From the NCBI GenBank assembly GCA_036172245.1, contig JAYWIR010000027.1, positions 682,001-746,000 on the forward strand: 64,000 nucleotides of DNA, written 5' to 3'. The translations under genes and the position numbers were made by a program. The notes under the pieces are model-generated. The model had not been told where the DNA came from. It saw only the letters and a program-made list of their open reading frames with translations, and did no database searches. Shown here one piece after another: positions 13,440 through 25,100 of the stretch. This DNA comes from Raillietiella orientalis (taxonomy: Eukaryota). The first letter of the stretch is position 1; each line of letters begins with the position of its first letter.

Positions 13440-14360
13440 TCTGCTGTTGCGTGGCTACGCAAGTCCGTCGCGCACGAGTCTCGGAGGAGGCGTGTGCGAG
13501 GACGCAACTGCACTTGCCGCTGTGTGCGTGGGGGGAAGGGGGAGGATGCGGTGGAGGCCACGCTTAAGGAGAGGTCTCCCTGCACTCGGTCGCCCGAGCA
13601 ACGGGTGAACGCGACTCGACATTCTTGCAACGAAAGTCGGCAGCTCGTCCCCACCCCCATTGGCACTGCACCCATGTGGCAGCGCGGAGTGGATGGAGTA
13701 GGGGTGGGGTGGGTGCGTGCGATGTGTGTGCGCGTCCCACGATCTTCCCTCTTCTCCCGGACTCGTCGGACGGCGTCGGCATTCTGCGGAATCACTGGAC
13801 GGACATCTTCCGAGACGTCCCCCCCCACCCTCGGGTTCTCGCGCGTTCTCTCTCGGGCGCGCTTGCAAGGTGGTTCGCTGCTCGGACTCTCAGCTGCTGA
13901 TCCTACGACCTTCCTCCCCAATCCATCGCCAGCACTCGCTCTCGCCTCGATTTTCGCCCGGGTTTCGCCGAGGGCAAAGTTTATTAAAAAAAATAAACTT
14001 TTACAAAGACGTGCTGTGGCTGGACCAGTGCTCCAGCCACGCACGAAGAAACACGGAGCCTGCCTGGTCACCGGTTCGCGGACCGGTACGGTCCACCACG
14101 GCAGCAGGGGAAGGGGGATAAACAAAAAAACCAAACAAAAAGAAAAGAAAAGGTGGGAGGGTACGGGAAGGGATCACTGTTGCATCCCTCGCAGGATACC
14201 GGCAAGCTCTTTCTGGATTCCTGGATCCAGGTGGGACCATCGCGACGCCCTCCTCAAAAATTCGGCGGCGTGCTGGATGGCACCCTTATCGCTCTCGCCT
14301 CGACTAGCGCCTCGACTGGCGCGAGGGGCACGACGTCAAGGTCGTCCTTCTCGGGGGTCG
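13440..14360 (+). mobile_element. Decayed GC-rich C-terminal part of a NeSL/Utopia-like element
   Basis: Inside ORF 13311-14750: APMWQRG, FSRVLSRARLQGGSLLG (WRFIHRARLN..PLNG), LASIFARV...NKLLQRR, WIPGSRWDHRDALL. Confidence 0.4.
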
Positions 14361-14472
14361 GCTGACCGCAAGACTCTGCAGGGAGGTCGGAAGAGCCCTG
14401 GGCTCGAAGTTCCTGCCCTGCTGCCCTCACCTAGTACCGAGGGCGGTCGCCCTTCCTTCCCAGTTTCTCCCT

Positions 14473-14516
14473 TTTTGCCGCCCGTGGTCCCTGCACAGGG
14501 ACCACGGGCGGCAAAA
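14473..14516. repeat. Perfect inverted repeat, 21-bp arms, 2-nt spacer
   Basis: TTTTGCCGCCCGTGGTCCCTG-CA-CAGGGACCACGGGCGGCAAAA. Confidence 0.95.
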
Positions 14517-16299
14517 CGCTGCAGAGTGCGTCAACTTCATCCGCACGCGGACAGGGGCCGGGACGAAAGAGTCCTGGCGGCAGAGTCCTCCGTCCCCGTG
14601 TGGAGCACAGCTTCTTCCGGATGTGAGGAAGAGCGCCGACTCTCTCCTTCCCCTCCTTTCTCTGTCTCTCCGGACTGGCGGCGTGCCTTTCCCGAGCCCC
14701 GACGGCGCGGACGGGAGGAAGAGGAGGAGGGGAAGGAGAGCACGTGGTAGAGACAGGAAGAAGAGTCCCGAGCGCAGGCAGGAAGCGACCCGACGGCGCG
14801 TCAGACCGCGATGCGCGCCTATCCGCGCCAGCCCCGGGAGACGCGGCGCGAAGACGCTCCGCATCGGCTGACTGGCGATCGATCGGTCTGAGCGCGTGCG
14901 CATGCGCGAGGGGAAGCACGCGCGGCGGAAACGCGGCCGAGCGCGCGCGCGCGCGACATGGTCTGCCGCCGTCTCCTGCGTCCGCGGAGGCGCGTGTGCA
15001 CTCGCAAGGGTGACGATGGGGCGCCGCTGCTTCCCGTTTTTTTCTTCTTCTTCTTCCTCCTTCCCCCCCTCCCTCTTTTCTACTTCTTCCCAGGCGGGAG
15101 GATTGGATAAAGCGGCGAGGATCCGCCCACTTCAGACAATCGGCTGAAAGCGTCCTTCTTCCTCTCGGCACGCTCGCCGAGGTCCAGTCTTAACTCTCCA
15201 TTGGGTCAAGGACGTGCAAACTGACAGCGCCGGACAAGCAGCAGCCGAAGCCCTGCAGATGAGAGGAACACGAGTGTTCGGAGGCACGTAACAAAAAAAA
15301 AAAGGGGGGGAAAAAAAACTCTGCAATTGCGCAATGACTTCGGGACGGTGACGTTGCGGACCGAAGGTCATCGTCCGGCGGTTGGTATTTCTCTTTCGCG
15401 TGCACGCCGTACGTCTCTCTCTCTCTCTCTTCCCCTTCCCCCTCCTCCCTTCTTCCAGAGTTGAAGAACGCGCGCTCACAATTCCTGCCACTCGCGCAGC
15501 GTCCCTCCTGTTGGTTGCGAGATGACGCAGGTAGCTGCTGCTGCTGCTGCTCGCTGGCAGAGGATTCCTCGTGCGCACGACGCTTTGCGGTTCCGAAGGT
15601 GCGTGGCGGCGGCAGTCCGGAAATCGATCTCCCCGATCGTCGTCGCTACGGCAACTAGCTTTCCCCGCGAGCGGCACCCGGCAGGTGGTCCGGTCGCACA
15701 CACGCTTCCTTGGTTTCCTTCTAGCTGGCGAATCGATACTGGCGCCCCGTAGCTCCCGGATCCGCAGGCACACCCGTCGTATAACACCGGGGTGCACCTC
15801 GGGACAGTTCCTTCAGGAGCAGGCTGTCGGGACGCAGGGAAAGACGAGAACCAGAGCGGATGCTCTGGCCAGGGATGAAGGCCTGGAGCGAGGATCGGAT
15901 CCCACGCTCTTCGTCTGCTGCCACCTGAGAACTGTGGACGAGAGCGGCTAGGCCTTCGTCTCCAGCACCGCGGACCGAGCATCCGCCTTTTTTTTTTTTT
16001 TTGCGTGCGGGTGATGGGATTAGGGGGTGATGGGGGGGGAGCAAGGAGAGGTGGGGAATGGAACGCGAACGCAGCTCCCATCCCTCCCGATGCGCATGTG
16101 CGGGGCAACTCGCAGATCTACCTGCATCCAGGCGCCTTCCCGGACGTCGGGGCTGCAAACTGCTCACCCGTGAAGAAAAAAAAAAAAAAAATCGGAAAAA
16201 AAAAAAAAAAAAAACAGCCAACAAGGAACCGGGAGACGTGGATTCGTACGCAACTCTTTCGTACTCTTCTTGCCTTATCTCGAGATCCTGAACGCGCTA

Positions 16300-17100
16300 C
16301 CGATTGCGTGCCGGAACTTCGCCCAGTTCCCGCGCAAAACGGGGCTCACGGCCGGGTCGCGAGCTTCACGAAGTGTGCCCTGCTGGATTTCGATCCAGCA
16401 GGGCCTGCCAAGAGGCCCTGCACACTCGCCCGATTGCCCGTGAGGGGCATGTGGTCTTCTTGGCCGCCGCAGAAGTGGAGTCCCGACGCACGGACGGGAT
16501 GCGACGCACTAACCCAAAAGCAACAGCCCCTACGACCTTGCTCGACTCGGGCGACCAACTGAGCTTTGTCTTCCTCCTTTTTCTGTGAGCCCATACCCAG
16601 CCCACGGGCCCGACAGCAGCGCTTCGCTGCTGGTGTATATCAGCGATGCCAGCTGGCACTTATTTATCGGTAAACCGTACTTCAAAAACCCATCCTCGTG
16701 GGAAAAAAAAAAAAAAAAATCACGGCTAACTAATGGTCAGAATCCATCGTTTGAACAGCCCCCCCCCCCCTCCAAAGTCCGACGACGACGACGAATAGGC
16801 ATCGCAGCAGCGAAGCAACTGAAAGAAATTCATGGATCGCGCTGCTGCTAAAGACAGCAAGAAGACGAAGAAGCACCGTGACAGTCAGACACTCGTGAAA
16901 ATTACCCGAGCACCCAGATAATTTAGAGACGACATATCTGTATTCTTATGCAAATGCATCGGAGCCGTGAGGATCAAGGTCGATCTTCTCGCGCTCCCAG
17001 CAGAGCTCCCTTCGCTCATCACGCAATACTACGCACTCCCCTGCTCCGGCGATGTCTGCACCACGTGCTCTCCCGCCACAAACGTAAGCAGATTTGAGTC
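16300..17100 (+). mobile_element. Decayed BEL/Pao LTR retrotransposon gag-protease fragment
   Basis: ACQEALHT, HVVFLAAAEVE, TLLDSGDQLSFV (BEL protease ALLDSGSQ.SFI), then IKVDLLAL (IDLLIG.D), in the expected order. Confidence 0.45.
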
Positions 17101-17729
17101 CGGGAACGTTGGTCGGCCAGACACTGCTGCATCCCCCTCTGCGCTTCCCGGGAACCCTTTTCTGCACCGCGGGAACCACCGCGCTCGACGAGGTGCCCCG
17201 ATGCGCGCGGACCGGGGGGTGACGTCACACGACCGCCGGGTGATGATGATGACTTTTTCCCCTCTTCCTCCGGCGAAGTGCGCCTTCTTCTTCCTTGGTC
17301 GAGACGGCACGTTCCTCACGAAATTTCGGCTGCGCTCGAGCCGTACGGGGACAACCGAGCGGCTCCGCCTTCTGCATGACACGCGCATCTCATTGGTCAA
17401 GTGGGGCTTGTGTTGTATATCTAACGATTCGTGTACAGATTCGCACTAATTCAGTAATCGTTTCACAGCTGTATCATTTGGATAATGATGTAACCTTGTT
17501 TTGTTTTGTTTTTTTTCCTTCTCCCCCCCCCCCCCGAAACTATCCCAGCATAAAATGGCTCGGAACTATCTGAGAATTTTGTGAATAAATCACTTTTGAT
17601 GTTTTACGCAGCCTGATTTCTCATCTTTTGTTAAAAGGTGGTGGATTATTATTATTATTATTTTTTTTTTTTAAAAAAATAGTTCCTTGCAAAGGTCCTC
17701 CTTTTTTATTCTGTAAAATAATTGATGCG

Positions 17730-17990
17730 TAGTAATGACGTCAGCAAACCCCATTAAATTGTAATTGTTGCCCGATTCCATCATAATTTAAGTTAATCTG
17801 ACCGGTTCCCCAAAGATTCCATTTGATGTGGTTTCTGGAAAAAATAAAATCGTCTTCCAAAATTGTATAAAAGACTGGTGAAAGTCAATTCAAGAAATCC
17901 ATGACGTCATTAACCAATCAGAAACCGGTATCCCAGCATTATTATTTGCAATCCCCGTAGGTTATTGGTGTGTGTGTGATGGGTAAGTGT
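17730..17990 (+). promoter_or_regulatory. Probable BICRA promoter and non-coding first exon
   Basis: Perfect CRE palindromes TGACGTCA at 17736-17743 and 17902-17909 (a third at 17220-17227), CCAAT at 17914-17918, ATTGG at 17964-17968, and a consensus splice donor G|GTAAGT at 17983, about 1.15 kb upstream of the ATG. Confidence 0.5.
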
Positions 17991-19136
17991 CAAAGTGTAA
18001 ATATTGTTGACATTAGGATTTATAGATGCTTAAAATGAGAAGCACGTGTCAGAACTGCTTTGCAATAATGTTTTTAAGCCTTTTGTTTCATGCTTTTCTG
18101 TACGGTATTCACAATGAAGAATATCTGAAATGTATGTACGAGTAGAAATACGGGATTTTTTCAGCGTCTCTTTTTTTTTCCTCTCTCTCTTCCCCTCCCC
18201 CCCCCCCACTAATCATGGGTTATTGAACGTTGATAGATTTAAAGTTTGCACAGCGAATCCTTTAGTCACAATAATTGTAATTTTTCCACATCGTCTTAAC
18301 TTTTCTTGAACAAGTGTGATTTGCATTATGCGGGTTCATGTATTGAAAAAGTGCATAATGCGGTTTGCGCCAGTTCAAAAGGTAAACTTCAAAGCATTTC
18401 GATTATTAATAATGTAGAAATAAGTAACTTATCATTGGAAATGAATTGCAGTTGTTTTGTACGAGTGCCAAATTCCCTCAAATATTCATAGATTGTTGCA
18501 GAAGGAATCATTTTGTGCGTGCATAATAACACAACTTTAACAACAAAAGTTCTGAATTCCAGATGAATCAAGAAATCGCATATAATCATGTAGTTCAAGA
18601 AGAACAGATGATTGCATTATGTTTTGTCGGTAAGCATTTACACTTTTGTAAATCATAAATTCAAAAAAAAGTGTCCATTCATTATGTTGTGAACTTACCA
18701 TTATAGTTGATCACATTTCAAACCAGGTTTGAATCAGCGTACTTTTTCCTCATATCGTTAACATGGAATTTAGACGCATTATTTCAAAATTAGCAAACTT
18801 TAATAATTCTTAGTAAAGATCGAAAATTATCAAACGTTTTTTTTTGTAATAATTCTTAATGTTTGTTATTATTTTCATTCTTTTAAGCTTTTTAAAGACT
18901 AACATGCAACCATCTCTGCTCATGAATTTTAAACCTGTAAATTCATATAATTTTTCTTCATGATTTATTATAAACAAGGATTCGATGGAAAATGAGCATC
19001 GAACAGATTTCGGGTCACAGTTATTCGATTTAGGTATTCATAAAATTGCATTTGTTCTCATTTATAGTAAAAATTAACCAGTTTGTGTGATGTCTGTTCA
19101 GCTATCATTTGTGATTTTTAGAATTGCTTTACTGCA

Positions 19137-22100
19137 ATGGATGATGGTGAACGATGCCTTCTTGATGTTATAAAGTGAGTTCCTCAAAGATTTTACACAT
19201 ATAAGCTCCTTTTCCTCCATCTGTAACTTATTTAGTATTTGAAGATTGCCTTCAGCCCTTAAAATTTTTCCAAGCAGAGTTGCTATTGAACAGTAGTACA
19301 ATTTTCTAAAATTAGTGAGATTTATCATCTTTTCAGAGTAAATTACCCATATTGCATAACAAAATCTCTCTTTATTTTAGTGATCCGTTTGCATTGGAAT
19401 CGTTCCTGAATGATACGGTAAGATGCACCAGATCTACACTTTTTTCTGTTGCATTCTCAGTATTTTACTAACAGACTTTGTTTCAGCAAACTGAATCCCT
19501 ACATTCTAATATTTTATCTGGCAATGGCCAGCCACGAAAGGACTTAGAGGCCAGTAACAACCGGCCATATTTGGATGAGTTGTGTGGATCTCCCAGCAAC
19601 CAGTACCTGACCAATTCCTGCCTTCTGTCAGGCAGCAAGCAGCATGCACTCTCAAATCCGTTCCATGGTTCCCTTGCACCCACCTGTGTCTCAGTGTCCT
19701 CAGGCTCATCTGTGTCCTGCCCTTCTCCTTATACTACAGCAACGTTGGGACACAGGAGTCAATCACCAGTTCGCACAAGTAGCCCCTTTCTGGGATCCAG
19801 TGAAACCTCCTCAGGGTACAGCACCCAATCCCCTTCAACTCCAGGTTTCATGGCAACGACCCGTTCTCCCCTTTCAGTGTACCCTTCCCAGCCTTCACCC
19901 AATCAAACCAATTTGCCTGCTGCTCCTACCCAGGCAAGCCCTAAATCCATGAACTCTTCTCGACTTACCAAATCTCCCATTTTGACCAACAGCCATCCTA
20001 CTTTGTTGCAGGCTTTACAGGGTCAAATATCAGGAGGTTCCACTTTGTCCAATACTGTTCTACAGATTGTCCCCACATCCCAAAGTGGAGTTACTCATCC
20101 TGGACAAAAACTGCCTGCATCCCGTCCTATCCAACCAAAGCCACAGCTTCTTCCTAAACCACAAGGAGCATCCAAGAACAGTGGTTTAAAAGCCCCATCT
20201 CCAGCTTTGTCAGCGACACCTTCCTCTTCGGGACCTACATCAATCCTTATGAATCAGCCTCTTTTGGCCAATACAAATTCTGGAGCCTTGGTGTTGCCCC
20301 CTGCAGCATTTACTGGACAACCTTTGTTTATTCAACAGCCTAATGGAATGCAGTTAATCTTACGTCATCCTCAGCAAGGACAGAATCCTGTCTTAGCTGC
20401 AGTGCCTTTGTCTGGCCAGGTGATTGCATCATTTATTCATACGTGGAGTGTGTATGAATGTGTTTATGCATGTGTTTGTATCTGTCTGTTTTTTTTTTTT
20501 TTAGGCTGCCAATCATACGGTGGTAATTCCCAATCAGACTTTGGCCACATCTCCCTCTCCAGGTGGGACTGTGCTCATCCAGCCCACTCTGGCTGCTGGA
20601 ACTTCTGCTCCTGGGGTGCTCACTACAGGACCATCTCGTTCTCAGGGGCCTAACTCAGCATTGCTCAGGTGAGTTTGTGTATCTCCCTTTTTTTGGCTTT
20701 AATTCGTGTGTTTGGTAGGCTTATATCTCCACAACAGGGTGCTGTACAGTTACAGCAGTTGCAGACTCCAGGAGGTCCAATTACTATCGCTGTTCCAAGT
20801 GGACAAACTCTGGGTTTGCAGACTTTGAGACCATACCAGACACATCTGGGTCTTACCACTCTTACACTTCCACAAGGAAATTTGCCCTTTGAAAATCGTT
20901 GTACAGGCACATCTGTAAGCCTGCCTACAACCACCAATGAAAGCACCAAAGTGGATGATACACTTGTCAACATGCAGTCTTTTACTGATTCTGAGCAGCC
21001 TGATCCAAGCCATCCTCCACCTAAGAAAAAACCAAAAAAGAAAAAGTGCCGCCAACCAGAACCTGAAAAAAGTATGGATGGATTATTGGATCAGGCTGTT
21101 CGTGCAGCTGGAATCGGGGAGGATGATTTCCTGTATGATGATCTGCCTGCTGAAGGAGATTTACCTCAGGTAGCCTCCAGTCAGCTCATGGCTCAGCTAC
21201 AGTCAGCACAGGTATGTATGTTCATCTTGAGGATTTTCTTAAAATGGCTTCAAGTTGTTGCCTACCCATCCTCAGTTGCAGCTCACCCTTGGAAGCAGTG
21301 GTCAAATGATCTTGCAGCCAGACAGCCAGGAAACAGAGAGATCATCCACCCTGAGTAATCATGCAACACCTGAAGGCAGTTACAATGTGACAGCTGGAGT
21401 AAAACCAACAGAGAGTAAGAATCAAACAGAGACAGCACAAGATAAAAGCATCAAAGTGGAGGAACCAGGATGTGTTGTTTCTAAAGGCAAATTCCCTGTT
21501 GAGGATGCTAATGTGATCAGAAAGTCACTCTCAAATGTGTTGAGCCAGCCCCTTCCTCAAGTTGTTAATACTAGTGCTAGAGCCAATCAGTTGCTTATTC
21601 AAAGCCTGCAGTCCAATAAGAGTTTGCCTATGAAAACAATCAAGAGCCCTACTTCAACTGATTTGATACAGTGCAATGGTTCACTGCCTACCCTGTTATC
21701 TGGCAGCAACTTGCATACAGCATTTGTAGCTTCCTCCCCTATGACATCTCTCCACCCTTTGTCTAGTCTATCTCATCCTGTTCTTATGCAGCCCGTATCC
21801 AGTACTGGTGCCAGTGGTAACCCTGTGATATCTGTAACACTGCAACATGGAAACTCTGTCCAGTTTCAACAGTTGAATGCAGTTCAAACTTCCCAGATAA
21901 ATGCTCCACCAATTAGTACAGCCAGCGAGGCTGTTTTGCGAAATACGTTTTTTGAAAGTCTGGTTAAAAGTCAAACACTGTCAGAGTGCAAAAAATCTAA
22001 AAAATCAGCGACATTGCCCAAAAAGAAGAAAGAAAAAAAGTGTGATGATGCTCAGGAAGACAGCTGCAGGGAGTGTGCAGATAAGCCACCCAGCCTACCC

Positions 22101-25100
22101 CTAACTTCTAGTTCTGTGATAGCTAGTGCAGTGGCTCTGCAAAAGCAGCAAGTAAGTTGCAAAGTGAGTCTGTCCAAGAGTGTTCCAAACACCGGTTCTA
22201 TTGCAACACCTGGCATAAATGGTTTGTATGTTTGTGGTTCTGGGAACATGATTCTCACATCTACTCTGGCGCAACTCCCTCTGAATTCTGGAATTGGTAT
22301 TGCTGCACAACCTCTTGCTTTAACCTTATCCCCTCCATTTCAAACTGTTATTGGTGGTGTTGGTACTCAAGCATGCACATGTAAAGATATGCGGAGTGCA
22401 TTGTCGGTTCCATCTTGTGATAATGGCAAATGTGTGACATCTAGTCAGACTGCTTCTCATTCTGTTCATCAGACTCATTCTGAGAGGACGACTAATTACG
22501 CCAGTCCTGTATTTGTCCAGACATCAACTCCTGTTTGTGTGTCACAATCTGCAAATGTATGCTCTACTACAAAAGAGTTATTCCGAAAGTTACAGTCTGC
22601 AGCATATAGTGAGACAAGTGCACAGCATACCAATGGTTCGTTTGTTCTGCCAGCTGATAAACTTCAAACTATGCAACTCACATTAGAAAAGCAACAGGTA
22701 AATGTGTTGAATATGAAAAACATATTTTCATTGTATCCCTAAGTACATATTATACAGATCATTTGATGATTATTTATTGTAATGTTTCATTTTATATTAT
22801 CATTATGTAATCGAGTGAATTGTGAAAGACATTCATGTGAATGTTTTCTCATATTATATGCTTACCTTTGCAGTAGAAAACTTGTTAATAATGTTAATTG
22901 AATTTGGATGCAAAACATTTGAATATCATTGTAGTGGGGAGGGGGGGAGTTTGAAATTGTTTACTCAAATGTTGCCTCATTTTTCCATTAGATATTGTTT
23001 TTGGAATTCTTTATTCCAAAATCATGTATATGTTATTAGTCTCTTGTATTCTGCATCCTGATAAATGTTACATGGTATTTTTGATTGTTCAGTTTTTATG
23101 ATTGTCATCTTTTGTATGATACAGTTCTTTTCATGATTTTCTTGTCCACTTTAGTTCCCATGGGGCACTGTGTTTCTATGTCATTTCTGATTTGTTTACA
23201 AGCTCTGAAGTATTCTGATTCATTAATGTGCATTACATTCATTGGTACTTACAATAAAGTTTTAAATGTGTTTTGTTTATTTGTGATTAAATCTTTTTTC
23301 ATTCATCTTTAACCTCCACAGCACTCATGTCTTAATTTATTTTTGCCCCTGGAATCCAAAAAAAATTGATTCAATATATAGTTCGGAGTTACTCTACAAT
23401 TGATGTGGAGCAAATTCCATGAAACTTTGGAAGAATATACTCATCATTGCATCCTTGTTGGATTTTATTTTAGTAAAGTTTCAAAGACATTGTTCTAAAT
23501 CAGCTATCACAAGTTCCAGGCTGTTGTCTAAGCAATGTTGTTTTTGGTATTTGCAAAAATGCCTGGTTTAGAGTATTACTCCACACTTCTGTTAAGTATA
23601 CACTTTCAAAAACTCAGTGTTGTGGTAAATTTCACTAGCATTGCAAGTGTCTCAGTAGCCTCATATTTCAAATAGGCCTTAAAGTTCACGTACAGTTTTT
23701 CGCAATATAAAGATTTTGTGGCAATTTCTATTTATGTCATGAGTATATTTTGTGATTCTGCTTAGGTACCATGTGTCAGTTGTTTTGTGATAGTTTTATC
23801 AAAAAGAATGGGATTTGGGCCTGTTTACTATTAATAGTACCTGTTTGAGTTTGCTGCATAATAATTTTGCTTTTTGACATTTTTTTCAACAGTGTTTTGG
23901 ATTGGTTAAATTAAATAAATTGGTTGTTCTGTCTTCAGCATTTTTCTTTGGAATTCTTTTTTTATTTTCATCGTCTTCGTATGTTTGGTTTTATGTTAAA
24001 CTGCACTTTTATTCCCCCAAATTACATTTTCTTAATGCATTTCTTGCTTTTTTTAATGTATGATTCCATGTAAGTTTTTTTTTTTTTTTTTCGTTCCGAA
24101 GCAAGGGTTTTGTCCTTAATTTTGCAGCACAATATTTATGTCTGTATTAATAGTGCTGTCTTGCTGCCTGAGGTTGGAAGTTTATTGTACAACAGTAGAC
24201 TCTGCAGGGTTTAGATGTATTTTTTTTTTCCCTTTTATTTTTAAATATGCAATAGTTTTTTGATAAGTATTATGGTAACAATAATTGTGACTCTTTTTCC
24301 ATTTCCATTTTCTCATTTTCATATTTACCGTTGTATTATTTTAATTAAGATTCGGGTTTTCCCATTTACATTGCCACAGCTCACTTCAAGCATACAACAA
24401 ATGAAAGTTGTTTACTTTTCAGTTCTTCATTTTCTGTTTTGTTTATGAAAAAGCAATTGTAAAATCACCGATCATATATTAAAAGTTTTCTGAAGTTTTT
24501 CCATTTGCATTTGTGATAATACATTTTTACCATAGTGATAGCATTACATTTGTATTCCAAATAATTGTAATTTGCTTCAGAGGAATACTGTATTGTGAAC
24601 TATTAATAAATCAAAAAAATGAAAAAATTGAAGCTCATTGTATTCATATAGGCAATTTGTCATCTTGTTATCATGGTGATCGCAATCTGTTTTTTGTTTG
24701 TTGCTTAACAGAAAAGACACAGTGCAAGTTTAGCATTAGTGCTGTTTCATTTAACTATTTTATCACATGCATTTGAGTTGTCTGTTCCTATGAGTTAGGT
24801 TTTTTTTTTCTTTCTTAAGAATATTTGATTTGTGTTTATCACATCCTTAAATTACAGAGACATATTTGTTTTTCCACATACGAAAAGGAAAATCATCATA
24901 AACTGGATGGAGTTCCCTAGTAACATATCCATTGCTAGGATTCAAATTTCAGTCCAAAAGAGCAGTGCCATGATTTAACAAAAAAAAAACAATAGTTTTC
25001 AGGATGAAATCTTTTACATTGAAAAGAAACCATTAAATGAAATGAATGTGCGAATGAAAAATTAACTGTATGTTTTAAACCTTGTATGGTTCATTAGAAG

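Noticed and set aside
12512..14750. Long overlapping ORFs (540 aa minus, 479 aa plus)
   Set aside because: They cross CT and CCT microsatellites in GC-rich, stop-poor DNA and show no coherent domain; the plus frame only preserves decayed retroelement motifs.
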